Positions 1 to 9,596 of a stretch of DNA of 64,000 nucleotides are shown piece after piece. Location: assembly GCA_963850305.1 (NCBI GenBank), contig CAWKKR010000004.1:416001-480000 (forward strand), written 5' to 3'. Below the pieces are notes generated by a model that was given only the letters and a program-made list of their open reading frames with translations, was not told where the DNA came from and did not search any database. Source of the DNA: an uncultured delta proteobacterium. GTDB lineage: Bacteria; Myxococcota_A; Polyangia; Polyangiales; Polyangiaceae. The position numbers and the translations under genes are program-made. Position 1 is the stretch's first letter, and the number at the start of each line of letters is the position of its first letter.

Positions 1-375
1 GAGATACCAGTGCGGGTATTTCGGATGCCGCTTGCGCATCTCGTGATCGATCCGTGCGAAGCGGAGCGCGCGCCGCAACCCGGCGGCGATGGGACCTCGC
101 GCACCGATGAGCTGCGCGACGATCGGGGGCGGATACCCGCCCGGGGGGAAGGACAGCGCGACCGCCGCGACTCTCCCCTCTACCCTCACGATTTCCGCGA
201 CCCCATACCGGCGAACCGCCTCGGTGAACCCGATCATGGCCCGCTCGAGTACCCGCAGTCGCACTTCGGGAGGATCCCCGGCAAGCACCGCGGTCATGGC
301 CGGGTTGTCCCGAAACGCGCGCGCGAGCACGAGGCCCGCAGCCGAGCCGTCCGCCGCGGAGAGTGGCTCGACCAT
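1..375 (-). CDS. GNAT family N-acetyltransferase (3' end runs off the window; not in the ORF track)
   Basis: Read manually on the minus strand from ATG 375: MVEPLSAADGSAAGLVLARAFRDNPAM...RIDHEMRKRHPKYPHWYL. The LARAFxDxP and HPxxPHWYL motifs are typical of puromycin-acetyltransferase-like GNATs. Confidence 0.8.
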   Translation of the reverse strand, partial: MVEPLSAADGSAAGLVLARAFRDNPAMTAVLAGDPPEVRLRVLERAMIGFTEAVRRYGVAEIVRVEGRVAAVALSFPPGGYPPPIVAQLIGARGPIAAGLRRALRFARIDHEMRKRHPKYPHWYL

Positions 376-458
376 GCCCCGGGACCATAACACCGAAGGC
401 CGCGCCGTGATGCGCCGGCCCCTCGCGCTCCCGACGAGTAGTGTTACGTTCCAGGAAA

Positions 459-1478
459 ATGAGCTTCGGCCACGACGTGGACCTCGCAGCGGGCAAGCTG
501 TCCCACATCCTTCACGGCTTCCGCGGGCCGAAGATCAACACCGCCGGCGATCTGGGCCCGTATCTCGACCTCGATCTCGCGACGTTGAACCCCGCGCCGC
601 CGCCTCTCACGAACGTGGCCGTCCACCGTTCCGTCGCGTCGCCGTTTCGCTCGACGACCACGCTCTCATGGACGAGCACGCATCGGATCCTGTCGCCCGC
701 GTACGAGCGACGCCACGAAAAGGAATATCGAAGGAACCTGACGGTGTGGGCGCGCTGGCTCCGCCCCGACGGGGTGCGGCGACGCGACTGTCTCGTCTAC
801 GTCCACGGTTGGCTCGAGCCGGGCTCCTGGGTCGAAGAGGCTCTGGTGTTTCCAAGCTGGGTCCGCGAGCTCGACGTGGATGTCATGCACGTCGCGTTGC
901 CCTTTCACGGCCGGCGCAATCCACGCGGCGCGCTCTTCTCGGGCGAGTACTTCTGGACCGCCGATCTGGTGCGTTCGTTCGAAGGCACGCGCCAGGCGCT
1001 CCACGACACACGTTCCGCGGTCGACTGGCTGCGCCGGCAGGGATATCGAACGGTGGGCATCACCGGCATCAGCCTCGGAGGGTCGCTCACGATGCTCCTC
1101 GGGTGCCTTGCGCCGCTTCCGGACTACATCATTCCGATCGTCGCCCACCTGAGGCTCGCCGAGGCCGTCGAGAACGCGTCCATCCTCTGGCGCATGAAGA
1201 GTGACCTCGAACGATTCGGCGTTCATGAAGCGGAGCGCCGCCAGATCTTCCAGCGCCTGGGCTTCGACACGGCCGAGCCACTGCTCCCGCCGTCGAAACA
1301 GCTCTGGGTCGAGGCGCGCGAGGACGCGCACATCGATCCCGACCTCGTGCGAGAACAATGGAACGCCTGGGGTCGACCCCCCATTCACTGGATCCCGGGC
1401 GGACACATGACGTTCCCGTTGCACCTCCCGGAGATCACGCGCGCCATGAAGGACTTTCTCACGCGCGCGGTGTGGTGA
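459..1478 (+). CDS. alpha/beta hydrolase family protein
   Basis: VYVHGW oxyanion region, LPFHGRR, nucleophile elbow GISLGG, C-terminal Asp and PGGH His. Start moved to ATG 459. Confidence 0.8.
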   Translation: MSFGHDVDLAAGKLSHILHGFRGPKINTAGDLGPYLDLDLATLNPAPPPLTNVAVHRSVASPFRSTTTLSWTSTHRILSPAYERRHEKEYRRNLTVWARWLRPDGVRRRDCLVYVHGWLEPGSWVEEALVFPSWVRELDVDVMHVALPFHGRRNPRGALFSGEYFWTADLVRSFEGTRQALHDTRSAVDWLRRQGYRTVGITGISLGGSLTMLLGCLAPLPDYIIPIVAHLRLAEAVENASILWRMKSDLERFGVHEAERRQIFQRLGFDTAEPLLPPSKQLWVEAREDAHIDPDLVREQWNAWGRPPIHWIPGGHMTFPLHLPEITRAMKDFLTRAVW

Positions 1479-1603
1479 GCCAGGCTACTGGAAGTGGGTC
1501 CTACACTTCCACCTCGGTTTCCTCACGGCTGCCCGCCGCATCCCCGAAGGTCGTCGCGGGGAGCTCCTTGCGGAGCCCCCCGCGACTTCGGTCATTCACT
1601 CAC

Positions 1604-2191
1604 TCAATGCGTCGCGCCGTTCACGACCGGCGTGGTGCTCGCCGCGCCGTTGGTCCCCGCGTCAGCGGGAGGCCCAACGGATGGCGGCGCGTTCGCGGCG
1701 GGCGCGAGGCTCGCCGCGGAAGCCGGCGCGACGGCGACGTTCGCCGTCGGAGTCGTCGGCACGACGCCGTGGATCGCTGCACGCTGGCGCTTGCCCATCG
1801 TGTGACGGGCAACGCGCGTTGCGCGCAGCTTCTCCGCGGCCTCGGCCTTCGATTCGACCGTCCGGTGAGCGACCTTCTTCGGCGCGAAGCCGAAGGAGGA
1901 GAACTCCGGACTGGTCTCTCCGAACGTCCCGGCCGCGTAGCTCCGGATGGCTGCAAGCACGGGTGCCAGGTCCTCGCGGCTCGACTTGTCGAGACCGACG
2001 AGCTGCGAAAACTTCGCATGCGCGTCGTTCACCGAGTTCATCGTATCCACGTGGGCCTGGAGCTGCGCTTGCAGATCCTTGCTCGCGACCGGCTTGCCCG
2101 CGATGGGCACGCTGGCGTCGGGAGCGAGCTTCGCGAGTGCCGCGATCACGCTCCCTTCCAGATTGAGGAGATCCGTTTTGCTGGTGTTCAT
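1604..2191 (-). CDS. hypothetical helical protein with basic KxRATRxARHTMGKRQ motif and low-complexity Ala/Pro tail
   Basis: Good codon usage; AAGGAAG RBS before ATG 2191; AT-rich upstream region at 2270-2300. Confidence 0.75.
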   Translation of the reverse strand: MNTSKTDLLNLEGSVIAALAKLAPDASVPIAGKPVASKDLQAQLQAHVDTMNSVNDAHAKFSQLVGLDKSSREDLAPVLAAIRSYAAGTFGETSPEFSSFGFAPKKVAHRTVESKAEAAEKLRATRVARHTMGKRQRAAIHGVVPTTPTANVAVAPASAASLAPAANAPPSVGPPADAGTNGAASTTPVVNGATH

Positions 2192-2429
2192 GATGCTAAC
2201 TTCCTTTTCTCGATTCACGACGCCCGACATGAGCGCCGTGTTCCCTGCTTAAACCCCCACGCACAACGAATTCTTCCAAGATTTATTTTTTCTAATTACG
2301 ACACACAATCCAGACCCAGCAGCCGGATCCCTCGTGTTCGACGTGCACGCGCAGGCTGTCCGTGACGCCCGCGGCGCGATCGCGAATGATCCCGCCAAGA
2401 TCACGAACGATCGAGACGTGATCCACGAT

Positions 2430-2744
2430 GATCTCATCGAGGACGTGCATGATCTCATCGAGGACGTGCATGATCTCGGCGAGGACGGACGCGTCCTCGC
2501 TCAGGACGGACGCGTCCTCGGCGCGGATGTCGACGTCCTCGCTCAGGACGGACGCGTCCTCGACGCGGATGTCGACGTCCTCGCTCAGGACGGACGCGTC
2601 CTCGCTCAGGACGGACGCATCCTCGCTCAGGACGGACGCGTCCTCGCTCAGGACGGACGCGTCCTCGACGCGGATGTCGACGTCCGCGCTCAGGATGGAC
2701 GCGTCCTCGGCGCGGATGTCGACGTCCTCGCTCAGGATGGACGC
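2430..2744. repeat. 21-bp tandem repeat array, 15 units of three variant types
   Basis: Units GTCCTCGCTCAGGACGGACGC, GTCCTCG(G/A)CGCGGATGTCGAC and GATCTCATCGAGGACGTGCAT in exact 21-bp register. Confidence 0.95.
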
Positions 2745-2893
2745 GCCCGCGCTGCGGACATGGCCATTCGCGACGGCTCGAGCACGATCCGCGCCAAGAT
2801 GTCACGCAGACCGGGAGCAACCGGACGGCAGGCCGCGCCGTCGAAGTGTGGAGGCGCCGCCTCCGACGTCGCGCGCACCGAGGTTGCAGCGCT

Positions 2894-3523
2894 TCACTCG
2901 AACCAGTGATCGAGGAGGATCGTGTCGTACCCCGTCGTGGCCTTCAGCTTGCCGTCGTAGCGCGCGAGGATCGCGGTGAGTTCCCCGGGTTGGTACTTCG
3001 ATGAGTCGTAGCCATTGATGTTGGTGAACTCGATCGAGACCCAGACGCTCGTGAGTCCGAGAGGGTCGTTCTGGTCCTTCGGCGTGTAGCGGATCGGGAG
3101 CTGGAACGTCCCCGGCGTCACTCCGCCGATGTTTCCCGTGAAGAGGACCCATTTCCCCTTGGCAAGACGGTCGAGCGCTTTCACGGCATCCGCGTCCACG
3201 CCGCGCTTGAGCTGGAGCTTGTACAGCGCTTCCTCGAGGGCCAGGCTCGTCGTGAATCCGCGCGCCTCCGGGGCGAAATGTTCGAGCCTCGCGCGGATGG
3301 AGGGCGTGAGGATCAGGTCGTTCGAGTCGCCGGGGCGTCGCGGCCCGGGTTTCTCGGGCGCGGGCGGCGTCGCCGTCGCGGAGCTCGGCGCGCGAACGGC
3401 CAGGCTCTCCGACGCGATCGCCGCGATCGCTCCTGCCGGAGCCGCGTCGGTGGACGACGTGCACGCGGATGCCACCAGCGAGAGGAGCACGGCCGCGTTC
3501 CGTGTGGCGCTGGCTACGTTCAT
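2894..3523 (-). CDS. hypothetical lipoprotein (possible OB-fold C-terminal domain)
   Basis: GGAGG RBS before ATG 3523; lipobox-like LVASAC; Pro/Ala linker followed by a globular domain. Confidence 0.7.
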   Translation of the reverse strand: MNVASATRNAAVLLSLVASACTSSTDAAPAGAIAAIASESLAVRAPSSATATPPAPEKPGPRRPGDSNDLILTPSIRARLEHFAPEARGFTTSLALEEALYKLQLKRGVDADAVKALDRLAKGKWVLFTGNIGGVTPGTFQLPIRYTPKDQNDPLGLTSVWVSIEFTNINGYDSSKYQPGELTAILARYDGKLKATTGYDTILLDHWFE

Positions 3524-3542
3524 CGTCAGGCCTCCCTCTCTT

Positions 3543-4436
3543 TCAGTCTCGGTCGCCCTTGGCGGAGAACGCTGCGGCGTGCTCTGGCCAGCGCTCTTCG
3601 GGCCAGGGTTGGATCCGGATTTCGGGCATCGGCTCGGGATCCGGGATGGGCCAGGAGCTTCCCCAGAGTGAGCCGCCGCCGTCCACGCGGATCGTTTCAC
3701 CCGTCACGAAGTCGCCCGCGGGCGAGAGCAGGTACGCGACGGCCCACGCGACGTCTTCCGGCCGTCCGAGGCGCTTCAAGGGAACTTGACTCTGCGCGTG
3801 CTCCGGGAGGCCCTTGGGGTAGTTGTGCATGCCCGTGGACACGATGACTCCCGGCGCGACCGCGTTCACGAGGATGCCGTGGCGCGCCCACTCGACGGCG
3901 AGTGTCTTCGTCATGTTCACGACACCGGCGCGCGCGGCGCCCGTGTGGACCATGCCCGGAAAGCCGTCCCACATGTCCGCGACGATGGTCACGATCCTTC
4001 CGCCGTGGTCGAGCATCCATTTGACGGCCGCAGCCTGGGCCATGTTGAAGGGGCCGGTGAGGTTCGTCTCGATGACGGCGCGCCAGCCCTTCTCGGAGAT
4101 GCTCTCCGCGGGCGACGGGAATTGTCCGCCGCCGTTGTTGACGACGTAGTCCACCTTGCCGAACCGCGTGAGCGTCTCGTCGAAGAGTGCGTCGACCTCC
4201 GCACGCTCGCGAACGTTACAGCGGATCGGGACGACCTGGGCGCCGTAGTCCACCGAGAGTCCGCGCGCGGCGACCACCAGGCGTTCGAGCTTCCGCGACG
4301 CGATGACGACCTTCGCGCCGAGCTGCGCGAGCTCCTCGGCAATGGCGAGACCGATACCCGATCCGCCGCCGGTCACGATCGCAACCCGATCACGGAATAG
4401 ATCGCGGCTGAAGATCGACCGGTGACCTCCGGGCAT
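3543..4436 (-). CDS. SDR oxidoreductase, trans-2-enoyl-CoA reductase / AtuB-like
   Basis: TGGGSGIG, NNGGGQF, HTGAARAG (atypical active site), NAVAPG, VDGG. Confidence 0.88.
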   Translation of the reverse strand: MPGGHRSIFSRDLFRDRVAIVTGGGSGIGLAIAEELAQLGAKVVIASRKLERLVVAARGLSVDYGAQVVPIRCNVRERAEVDALFDETLTRFGKVDYVVNNGGGQFPSPAESISEKGWRAVIETNLTGPFNMAQAAAVKWMLDHGGRIVTIVADMWDGFPGMVHTGAARAGVVNMTKTLAVEWARHGILVNAVAPGVIVSTGMHNYPKGLPEHAQSQVPLKRLGRPEDVAWAVAYLLSPAGDFVTGETIRVDGGGSLWGSSWPIPDPEPMPEIRIQPWPEERWPEHAAAFSAKGDRD

Positions 4437-4458
4437 GAGCCAAAGATTACCAGGAAGT

Positions 4459-5217
4459 CTAAAGGTCTCCCAGATCCGTCATCAGCTCCTTGAACTTGAA
4501 GCCGACGGGCGCTTTCTGCGTGGCCTTGTCGATGAAGTCCTTGCTGAGCACGGCGTAGGCCTCGTCACAGTACGCATCCCAGAATGCCCACGTCATGCGG
4601 AGCGGCGCACCCCACGTGATGACGGTGAGCCCGTGCACGTCGTATTCCACGACGTTCACGGCGTGACCACCCCATGATCCCGGCGCACCCTGCCCGGTCG
4701 CTCCGCCCGCCGGCACGGCCCACAGGGTCTGCCCTTGCGCCGAGATCGGTAGCTGCACGCCGATATACGCTCCGCCGAAGAGGTCCACGGCCTGCTTGAC
4801 GTGCAGATGACTCCCCGGTTCGACCGCGACGAAGCCCCCGATCTTGTGTCCCCCGAATCCGGTGTTCCGGAAGTACTTCAGAACGTCGAGTTCGACGGCA
4901 CCGTTGTCGTTCTTGCCGGTCGATGGGTCGTAACCGCTCACGGCCTCGTACGCCTTCAACACCGCCGCGTCACTGATCGCCGCCACGGTCTTCTGTGCGG
5001 CAGCGGTCCACGCCTCGATCATGTGACCGACGGCCGCGCACGTACAATCGCCGATCTTGTCGTTGTCGTACATCGGCCACTTCTTCACGGCCTTGCCGTA
5101 GTCGACCGCGGGCGGCGGTGCGGGCACCTCGGGCGTGACGTATTTGGCCATCATCAACGTGCGCGCGTCGTGACGCGCGGGAAGCTTCCCCAACTTCACC
5201 TCTCGATGCGAACCCAT
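4459..5217 (-). CDS. papain-like (C1-fold) cysteine peptidase
   Basis: GDCTCAAVGH (catalytic Cys), WGGHAV (His), ITWG in place of NSWG. Confidence 0.7.
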   Translation of the reverse strand: MGSHREVKLGKLPARHDARTLMMAKYVTPEVPAPPPAVDYGKAVKKWPMYDNDKIGDCTCAAVGHMIEAWTAAAQKTVAAISDAAVLKAYEAVSGYDPSTGKNDNGAVELDVLKYFRNTGFGGHKIGGFVAVEPGSHLHVKQAVDLFGGAYIGVQLPISAQGQTLWAVPAGGATGQGAPGSWGGHAVNVVEYDVHGLTVITWGAPLRMTWAFWDAYCDEAYAVLSKDFIDKATQKAPVGFKFKELMTDLGDL

Positions 5218-5352
5218 CTGTCCCTCTCCTTCGAGACCCGATACCGCTCGGGTGGCCGCTCGACATTGCCCATCGAGTCGTGCCCCGTCCAGCAGGAAAG
5301 ATTGCGGGGACTACCGGACCCAGGGGCCGGATCGTGCGCTAACATCGGCGCC

Positions 5353-6102
5353 ATGCATCCGATGCAAACCGCAGCTCCGATCGCACGGATACGCGCCGAG
5401 GAGCGGCTCTTGCCCACCAGCGAACAGCTCTTCACGGATCCCTACGCCCAGCTCTTCTTCGATGACGAGGCGAATAGCGAGGCCGGCCAGATGTTCGATC
5501 AGCTGCCGTTCTTCAGACCTCACATCCGCGTTCGCACGCGCTACATCGACGATACGGTGCGGCGCGCGCTCGCCGACGGCGTTCGCGACATCGTGCTTCC
5601 GGGCGCCGGCTTCGACACGCGAGCCCTGCGCTTGCCGGAAGTCGCGGCGTCGGGTGCGCGTGTCGTGGAGATCGATCACGCGGAACAGCTCGACGAGAAG
5701 CGCCGTCGTCTGACTGCGGCCGGCGTCGCGCTTCCGAGCCACGTCGTGCAGGCGCCCGCGGATCTGGCCGTCGCAGGCGAGCTCGAACGCGCGCTCGACG
5801 CCGCGGGAGTGCGTGCCGGCACGCGCATCCTCTGGGTGTGCGAGGGACTCCTCGGGTACCTCTCTCCCGACGCGGTCGTCGATCTCGCGGAGCGCACCGG
5901 GCTCCGTTCGGGTGCAGGCTCGTCCTTCATCGGAAATCATTCCATCTATTCACACAGCGTCGCGGCTCTCACCGAGGCCTTCGCCCGATCCGGATGGAGG
6001 GGGCACGCGGGGCCGAACTGCGAGGAGCTCTACCGAGCCCTCATCGGCCCCGAGCCGCCCCCGGGCGGCGAAGTCTACGCATTTTTCGAGGCCGAGCGCT
6101 GA
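5353..6102 (+). CDS. SAM-dependent methyltransferase, LCM/TIGR00027-like
   Basis: LFTDPYA, RTRYIDD, GAGFDTRALRL, VEID, EGLLGYL. Confidence 0.88.
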   Translation: MHPMQTAAPIARIRAEERLLPTSEQLFTDPYAQLFFDDEANSEAGQMFDQLPFFRPHIRVRTRYIDDTVRRALADGVRDIVLPGAGFDTRALRLPEVAASGARVVEIDHAEQLDEKRRRLTAAGVALPSHVVQAPADLAVAGELERALDAAGVRAGTRILWVCEGLLGYLSPDAVVDLAERTGLRSGAGSSFIGNHSIYSHSVAALTEAFARSGWRGHAGPNCEELYRALIGPEPPPGGEVYAFFEAER

Positions 6103-6131
6103 AGCTGGACCCAGGGTCAGGCGGCGCCGCC

Positions 6132-7157
6132 CTACGGCGAAGGTATCCGCTCGCGTTCCTCGAGCGGCTCCGTCTTGGTGGAATCGTGGAGGTCGAAGTT
6201 CCACGCGAAGAGGGCGTACACGAAAGACTGCACGACACCGCGCGCCTCGGGGGCCACCGGCGCCTCGTCGTCCGCGGTGGTGCTGAGCGGCATGTCGCGT
6301 TCGTACGCAAGGTGCACCTCGAACGGCGCGCGATGAAAGATGAGCTCGGGCGTGAAGTCGAGCTCCGACGGCGCGAACGGACGATCGCCGCGATCGGTGA
6401 ACATCGTCGCGTCGAGCGCGACGGCGAGCACATCGTCGTAAACGGAGAGCTGCGAGTGAATCGCATAACGAAACAGCGCCCGCCCGGAGTTGTCGGGGCG
6501 TGCCGCGTACGACGGATTCAGGGCAAAATAGCCGAGCATGAGCCACCCTGAAATATCGCCGCGAGCGAGAGCCCGTCGCAGATCGGGGGCGAGCGCCGAA
6601 AGCGAATAGAGGTATCGCGCGCGAGCATCCACGTAGGTCTGGGTGCAAAGGCCGCCCCGACCGCAGGCGACGCCGCCCACACTGGCGAGCTCGGACGTCT
6701 GGGTGGGCCCTACCTGCGCATCGTGTTCCAGACGGCTCGCGAGCTCCAGCGCTCCCGGACCGAGCGGCCACGTCGACGTGACGCCGCTGATGAAGTCGAG
6801 CTCCGTCGGCACGAGCGCTTTCGCGCCGCCGAGCTTGCGGTCGGTGAACATGTTGACGTCGATGGGAATCGAGAGCCGGCGTCCGATGAGATCGACGTCG
6901 GAGTGCAGGGCATAGCGCATGAGCGTGAGCCCCGTGTTGTCGGGGCGCGCCGCGTAAGTCGGGTTGTAGAGGGAGACGCCGAGCGTCGCGGACCCGCTGA
7001 CGTCGAAGCCGGAGTTCGAGCCCGCGATATCCCCGTCGTGCGCGCTCCCCTGCTTGTCGAGCGCCCGACACGGGCTCGCCGCGAGCACCAGGATCACGGC
7101 CGACGAGAGCGCGAACGCGGACGCGCGGATGGAGCGCTGCCTGGACGAGGGAGACAT
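6132..7157 (-). CDS. secreted/outer-membrane protein built from two internal repeats
   Basis: Signal peptide; duplicated NP(T/S)YAARPDN(T/S)G...RYA(L/I)HS and MFTDR...P(T/S)ELDF. Confidence 0.7.
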   Translation of the reverse strand: MSPSSRQRSIRASAFALSSAVILVLAASPCRALDKQGSAHDGDIAGSNSGFDVSGSATLGVSLYNPTYAARPDNTGLTLMRYALHSDVDLIGRRLSIPIDVNMFTDRKLGGAKALVPTELDFISGVTSTWPLGPGALELASRLEHDAQVGPTQTSELASVGGVACGRGGLCTQTYVDARARYLYSLSALAPDLRRALARGDISGWLMLGYFALNPSYAARPDNSGRALFRYAIHSQLSVYDDVLAVALDATMFTDRGDRPFAPSELDFTPELIFHRAPFEVHLAYERDMPLSTTADDEAPVAPEARGVVQSFVYALFAWNFDLHDSTKTEPLEERERIPSP

Positions 7158-7172
7158 GGGGGCGCGCGCCTT

Positions 7173-8591
7173 CTACCTGAACCACTGACTCGGAGGTGGA
7201 ATGTAGATCCCGCCGGGGCCGGTTCGCCGATGATGGTCTTCCTGACGGCGCTCGTAGCGCCGGGCGTGCGCTCTGTCGGGGCGCGGTCGCCCCGTGGCGG
7301 TCTCGGACTCCGTGCTCGGAGCCGCACTCGGCGCCGTCGAGTCGGTCGCGCTCGCGGAGGGAGCTAGCTCGGCGGACGGAGCTGGCAATCCGAGCGCAGA
7401 CGGCACGGGCGCCGAGGGCTCGAGGACCGGCGCGGCGGTCGCGCTCGACGTCGGCGCGACGTCAGCGCTTCCCTCGTGCGGCCCAGCGGCGCCGCGTGAG
7501 CGATAGATCGCACCGAGCGCGAGGATCGCCGCCACGGCACCCGCGGCGATGAGCGCCCCTCTGCGCTTCGAATGCACCGGTGGGGCCACCGCGGACGACG
7601 CGTCGAAAGTCGTGGCTGCCGTCGCGAGCGGCGCGGCTGGCGGCCCGCCGAGGGGCGAGCTTCGAACTCCCACGACGGATACCGGGTGCGCTTCGAACAC
7701 GCCCATGCTCCCCCGGAGCCGCCCCAGTTCCGCGGAGAGCTCGGCAGCCGTCTGAATGCGTGCATCCGGCTTCTGCGCCAGCAGTCGCTGGATGAGCTCG
7801 AACACGTCCGGGGGCACGCCGGGCAGCGGGGGGACGGCCTCGGTCAGCTGTTTCGCGACGATCTGGGCAGGCTCCTCTGCCGTGAAGGGGCAATGCCCGG
7901 CCAGTATCTCGTAGAGCACGATGCCGCACGAGTAGAGGTCGGCACGAAGGTCCACGGCGAGCCCGAGCGCTTGCTCGGGCGCCATGTAGCCCGCGGTTCC
8001 CATGACGGTCCCGAACCGGGTCAGGTTGCGTGCCGGTTCCGCTGCCTCCGGAGCGCCGGACACCTTCGCGATCCCGAAATCCAGCACCTTCACGACCTCG
8101 CGGCCGTCGGGCTGCGGGACGAGCATCACGTTGTCGGGCTTCAGGTCGCGATGAACGACGCCCGCGGCATGGGCGGCGACCAGGGCCTCGGCGACCTGGT
8201 GCGCAATCCCCAGGGCCCGTGCCGGGTCGAGCGGCCCCTGCTCGACGAGCGACCGCAAGCTATGGCCCGCGACGTATTCGAGAGCCAGGTAAAAAGAGCC
8301 GTCCGGGAGACGCCCGAAGTCCATCGCTGCCGCGACGTTCGGGTGGTCGATGCGCGCGGCCGCGACCGCTTCGCGCTCGAACCGCGCCGCGATCTCGCCG
8401 TTCCCGCTCATCTCGGCGTGCAGCACCTTCACCGCCACGGCCTTCTTCATCAGGACGTGTTCGGCGAGATAGACGGACCCCATGCCGCCGGACCCGAGGA
8501 GTCGCTCGACGCGGTACCTGCCGGCGAGCACGGTGCCGACGAGGGCATGATCCTGGGGACTCGGGTCTTCGCTCATCGCCGACAAGGCCAT
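7173..8591 (-). CDS. Ser/Thr protein kinase (Hanks type) with TM helix and Pro/Ser-rich extracytoplasmic tail
   Basis: LGSGGMGSVY, VAVK, HRDLKPDN, DFG, GTAGYMAPE, DLYSCG. Confidence 0.95.
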   Translation of the reverse strand: MALSAMSEDPSPQDHALVGTVLAGRYRVERLLGSGGMGSVYLAEHVLMKKAVAVKVLHAEMSGNGEIAARFEREAVAAARIDHPNVAAAMDFGRLPDGSFYLALEYVAGHSLRSLVEQGPLDPARALGIAHQVAEALVAAHAAGVVHRDLKPDNVMLVPQPDGREVVKVLDFGIAKVSGAPEAAEPARNLTRFGTVMGTAGYMAPEQALGLAVDLRADLYSCGIVLYEILAGHCPFTAEEPAQIVAKQLTEAVPPLPGVPPDVFELIQRLLAQKPDARIQTAAELSAELGRLRGSMGVFEAHPVSVVGVRSSPLGGPPAAPLATAATTFDASSAVAPPVHSKRRGALIAAGAVAAILALGAIYRSRGAAGPHEGSADVAPTSSATAAPVLEPSAPVPSALGLPAPSAELAPSASATDSTAPSAAPSTESETATGRPRPDRAHARRYERRQEDHHRRTGPGGIYIPPPSQWFR

Positions 8592-8654
8592 TCTGGCCCG
8601 AACGGAGATAGGTTACCCTCGAATCTCCGAGGGTCTCAGGAAGAAAGGTTCACG

Positions 8655-8753
8655 ATGGCAAAGGGACAAGAGAAAAAGAAAAAGAACAACGCGCCGAAGC
8701 TCAGCATCGACGAGAAGAAGAAGAAAAAGAAAGAAAAGGCCGCCGCAAAGTAG
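8655..8753 (+). CDS. small Lys-rich protein, 32 aa
   Basis: GAAAGG RBS, then MAKGQEKKKKNNAPKLSIDEKKKKKKEKAAAK and TAG; an A-rich island in GC-rich DNA. Confidence 0.7.
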   Translation: MAKGQEKKKKNNAPKLSIDEKKKKKKEKAAAK

Positions 8754-8790
8754 TCGCATCGACGACAGTGCCGTCATGAATGAAAACCGC

Positions 8791-9000
8791 TTGGTCCCGG
8801 CGATTCACGGCCCGCTCGCGCAGCGAGCCCGCCGAAGGCGGCAGGGGGAGCGGTCGCGAAGCAAGCCGCGGGGGGCAAAGGCCCCCCCGGGACCCAAGGC
8901 GCGGTTGCGAAGCAAGCCGCGGGGGGCAAAGGCCCCCCCGGGACCCAAGGCGCGGTTGCGAAGCAAGCCGCGGGGGCGGGTCACGTGGGTCACGCCCCCC
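8791..9000. repeat. REP/BIME-like multi-hairpin repeat, copy 1, with a 51-bp unit repeated about 2.5-3 times
   Basis: GCGG(T)TGCGAAGCAAGCCGCGGGGGGCAAAGGCCCCCCC unit starting at 8850, 8901 and 8952; lies between convergent genes. Confidence 0.9.
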
Positions 9001-9013
9001 AAAAACCAATCGA

Positions 9014-9454
9014 TCAGCTGAAGTTCATGTTGAACCAGCCCTGCTGCGTGAGGGCAAACATCATGTCGCCCGCGAGCTTCAGCTTGCCACTGAAGAACGC
9101 CTGCTGGCCATTGAGCTTCCCGGTGACGATCCTGAGAAAGTCCGGCAGCGCGAGGGTGAGCGTCACGCGCGACGGCTGCTCCGAGCCTGCCTTCACGTCG
9201 CAAGTGCCGTTGGCGACGATCACCTGGTACTTGTGGCTCTGGCCCTGCGCCTGGACATCCCACTGAATGATGGCGCTCTGACCAGCGGCCTTGTTCGGCA
9301 AGAACTGGTCCTTCATCCCCTCGAACACCTTCGCGAGCGCGACCTCGACGCCGATGGCGGCCACTGCGTCGTTGATCTCGGTGTCGGAACGATCCTGGAT
9401 GAGGGCCGCGAGTTGTTTCGGGGTGCTGATGTCGGCTGCGTTGATGGCGGTCAT
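9014..9454 (-). CDS. SCP2 sterol/lipid-binding domain protein
   Basis: CAGGAG RBS; GKLNGQQAFFSGKLKLAGDMM signature. Confidence 0.88.
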   Translation of the reverse strand: MTAINAADISTPKQLAALIQDRSDTEINDAVAAIGVEVALAKVFEGMKDQFLPNKAAGQSAIIQWDVQAQGQSHKYQVIVANGTCDVKAGSEQPSRVTLTLALPDFLRIVTGKLNGQQAFFSGKLKLAGDMMFALTQQGWFNMNFS

Positions 9455-9596
9455 CGGGGTCTCCTGTTTGGATTCGCGCCTGGGCGCGGGGGCAAAACCG
9501 TGACCCTTCCTACGCCTGCGAGCGAGTGCCGTCGCGGCCAAATCGACAACCCCGAGCGGCCAGCTCGGCTTTACGACAGCCAGACGGACCGGTAGC

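Noticed and set aside
2430..2744. CRISPR array
   Set aside because: Units are contiguous 21-mers with no unique spacers, and no cas genes are present.
2334..2909. 191-aa heptad-repeat CDS
   Set aside because: Several frames are open only because the repeat lacks stops, and there is no convincing RBS. Kept as a repeat; coding remains possible.
8850..9000. CRISPR array or tRNA
   Set aside because: The 51-bp units are near-identical with no variable spacer; no cloverleaf or TTCGA T-loop context.
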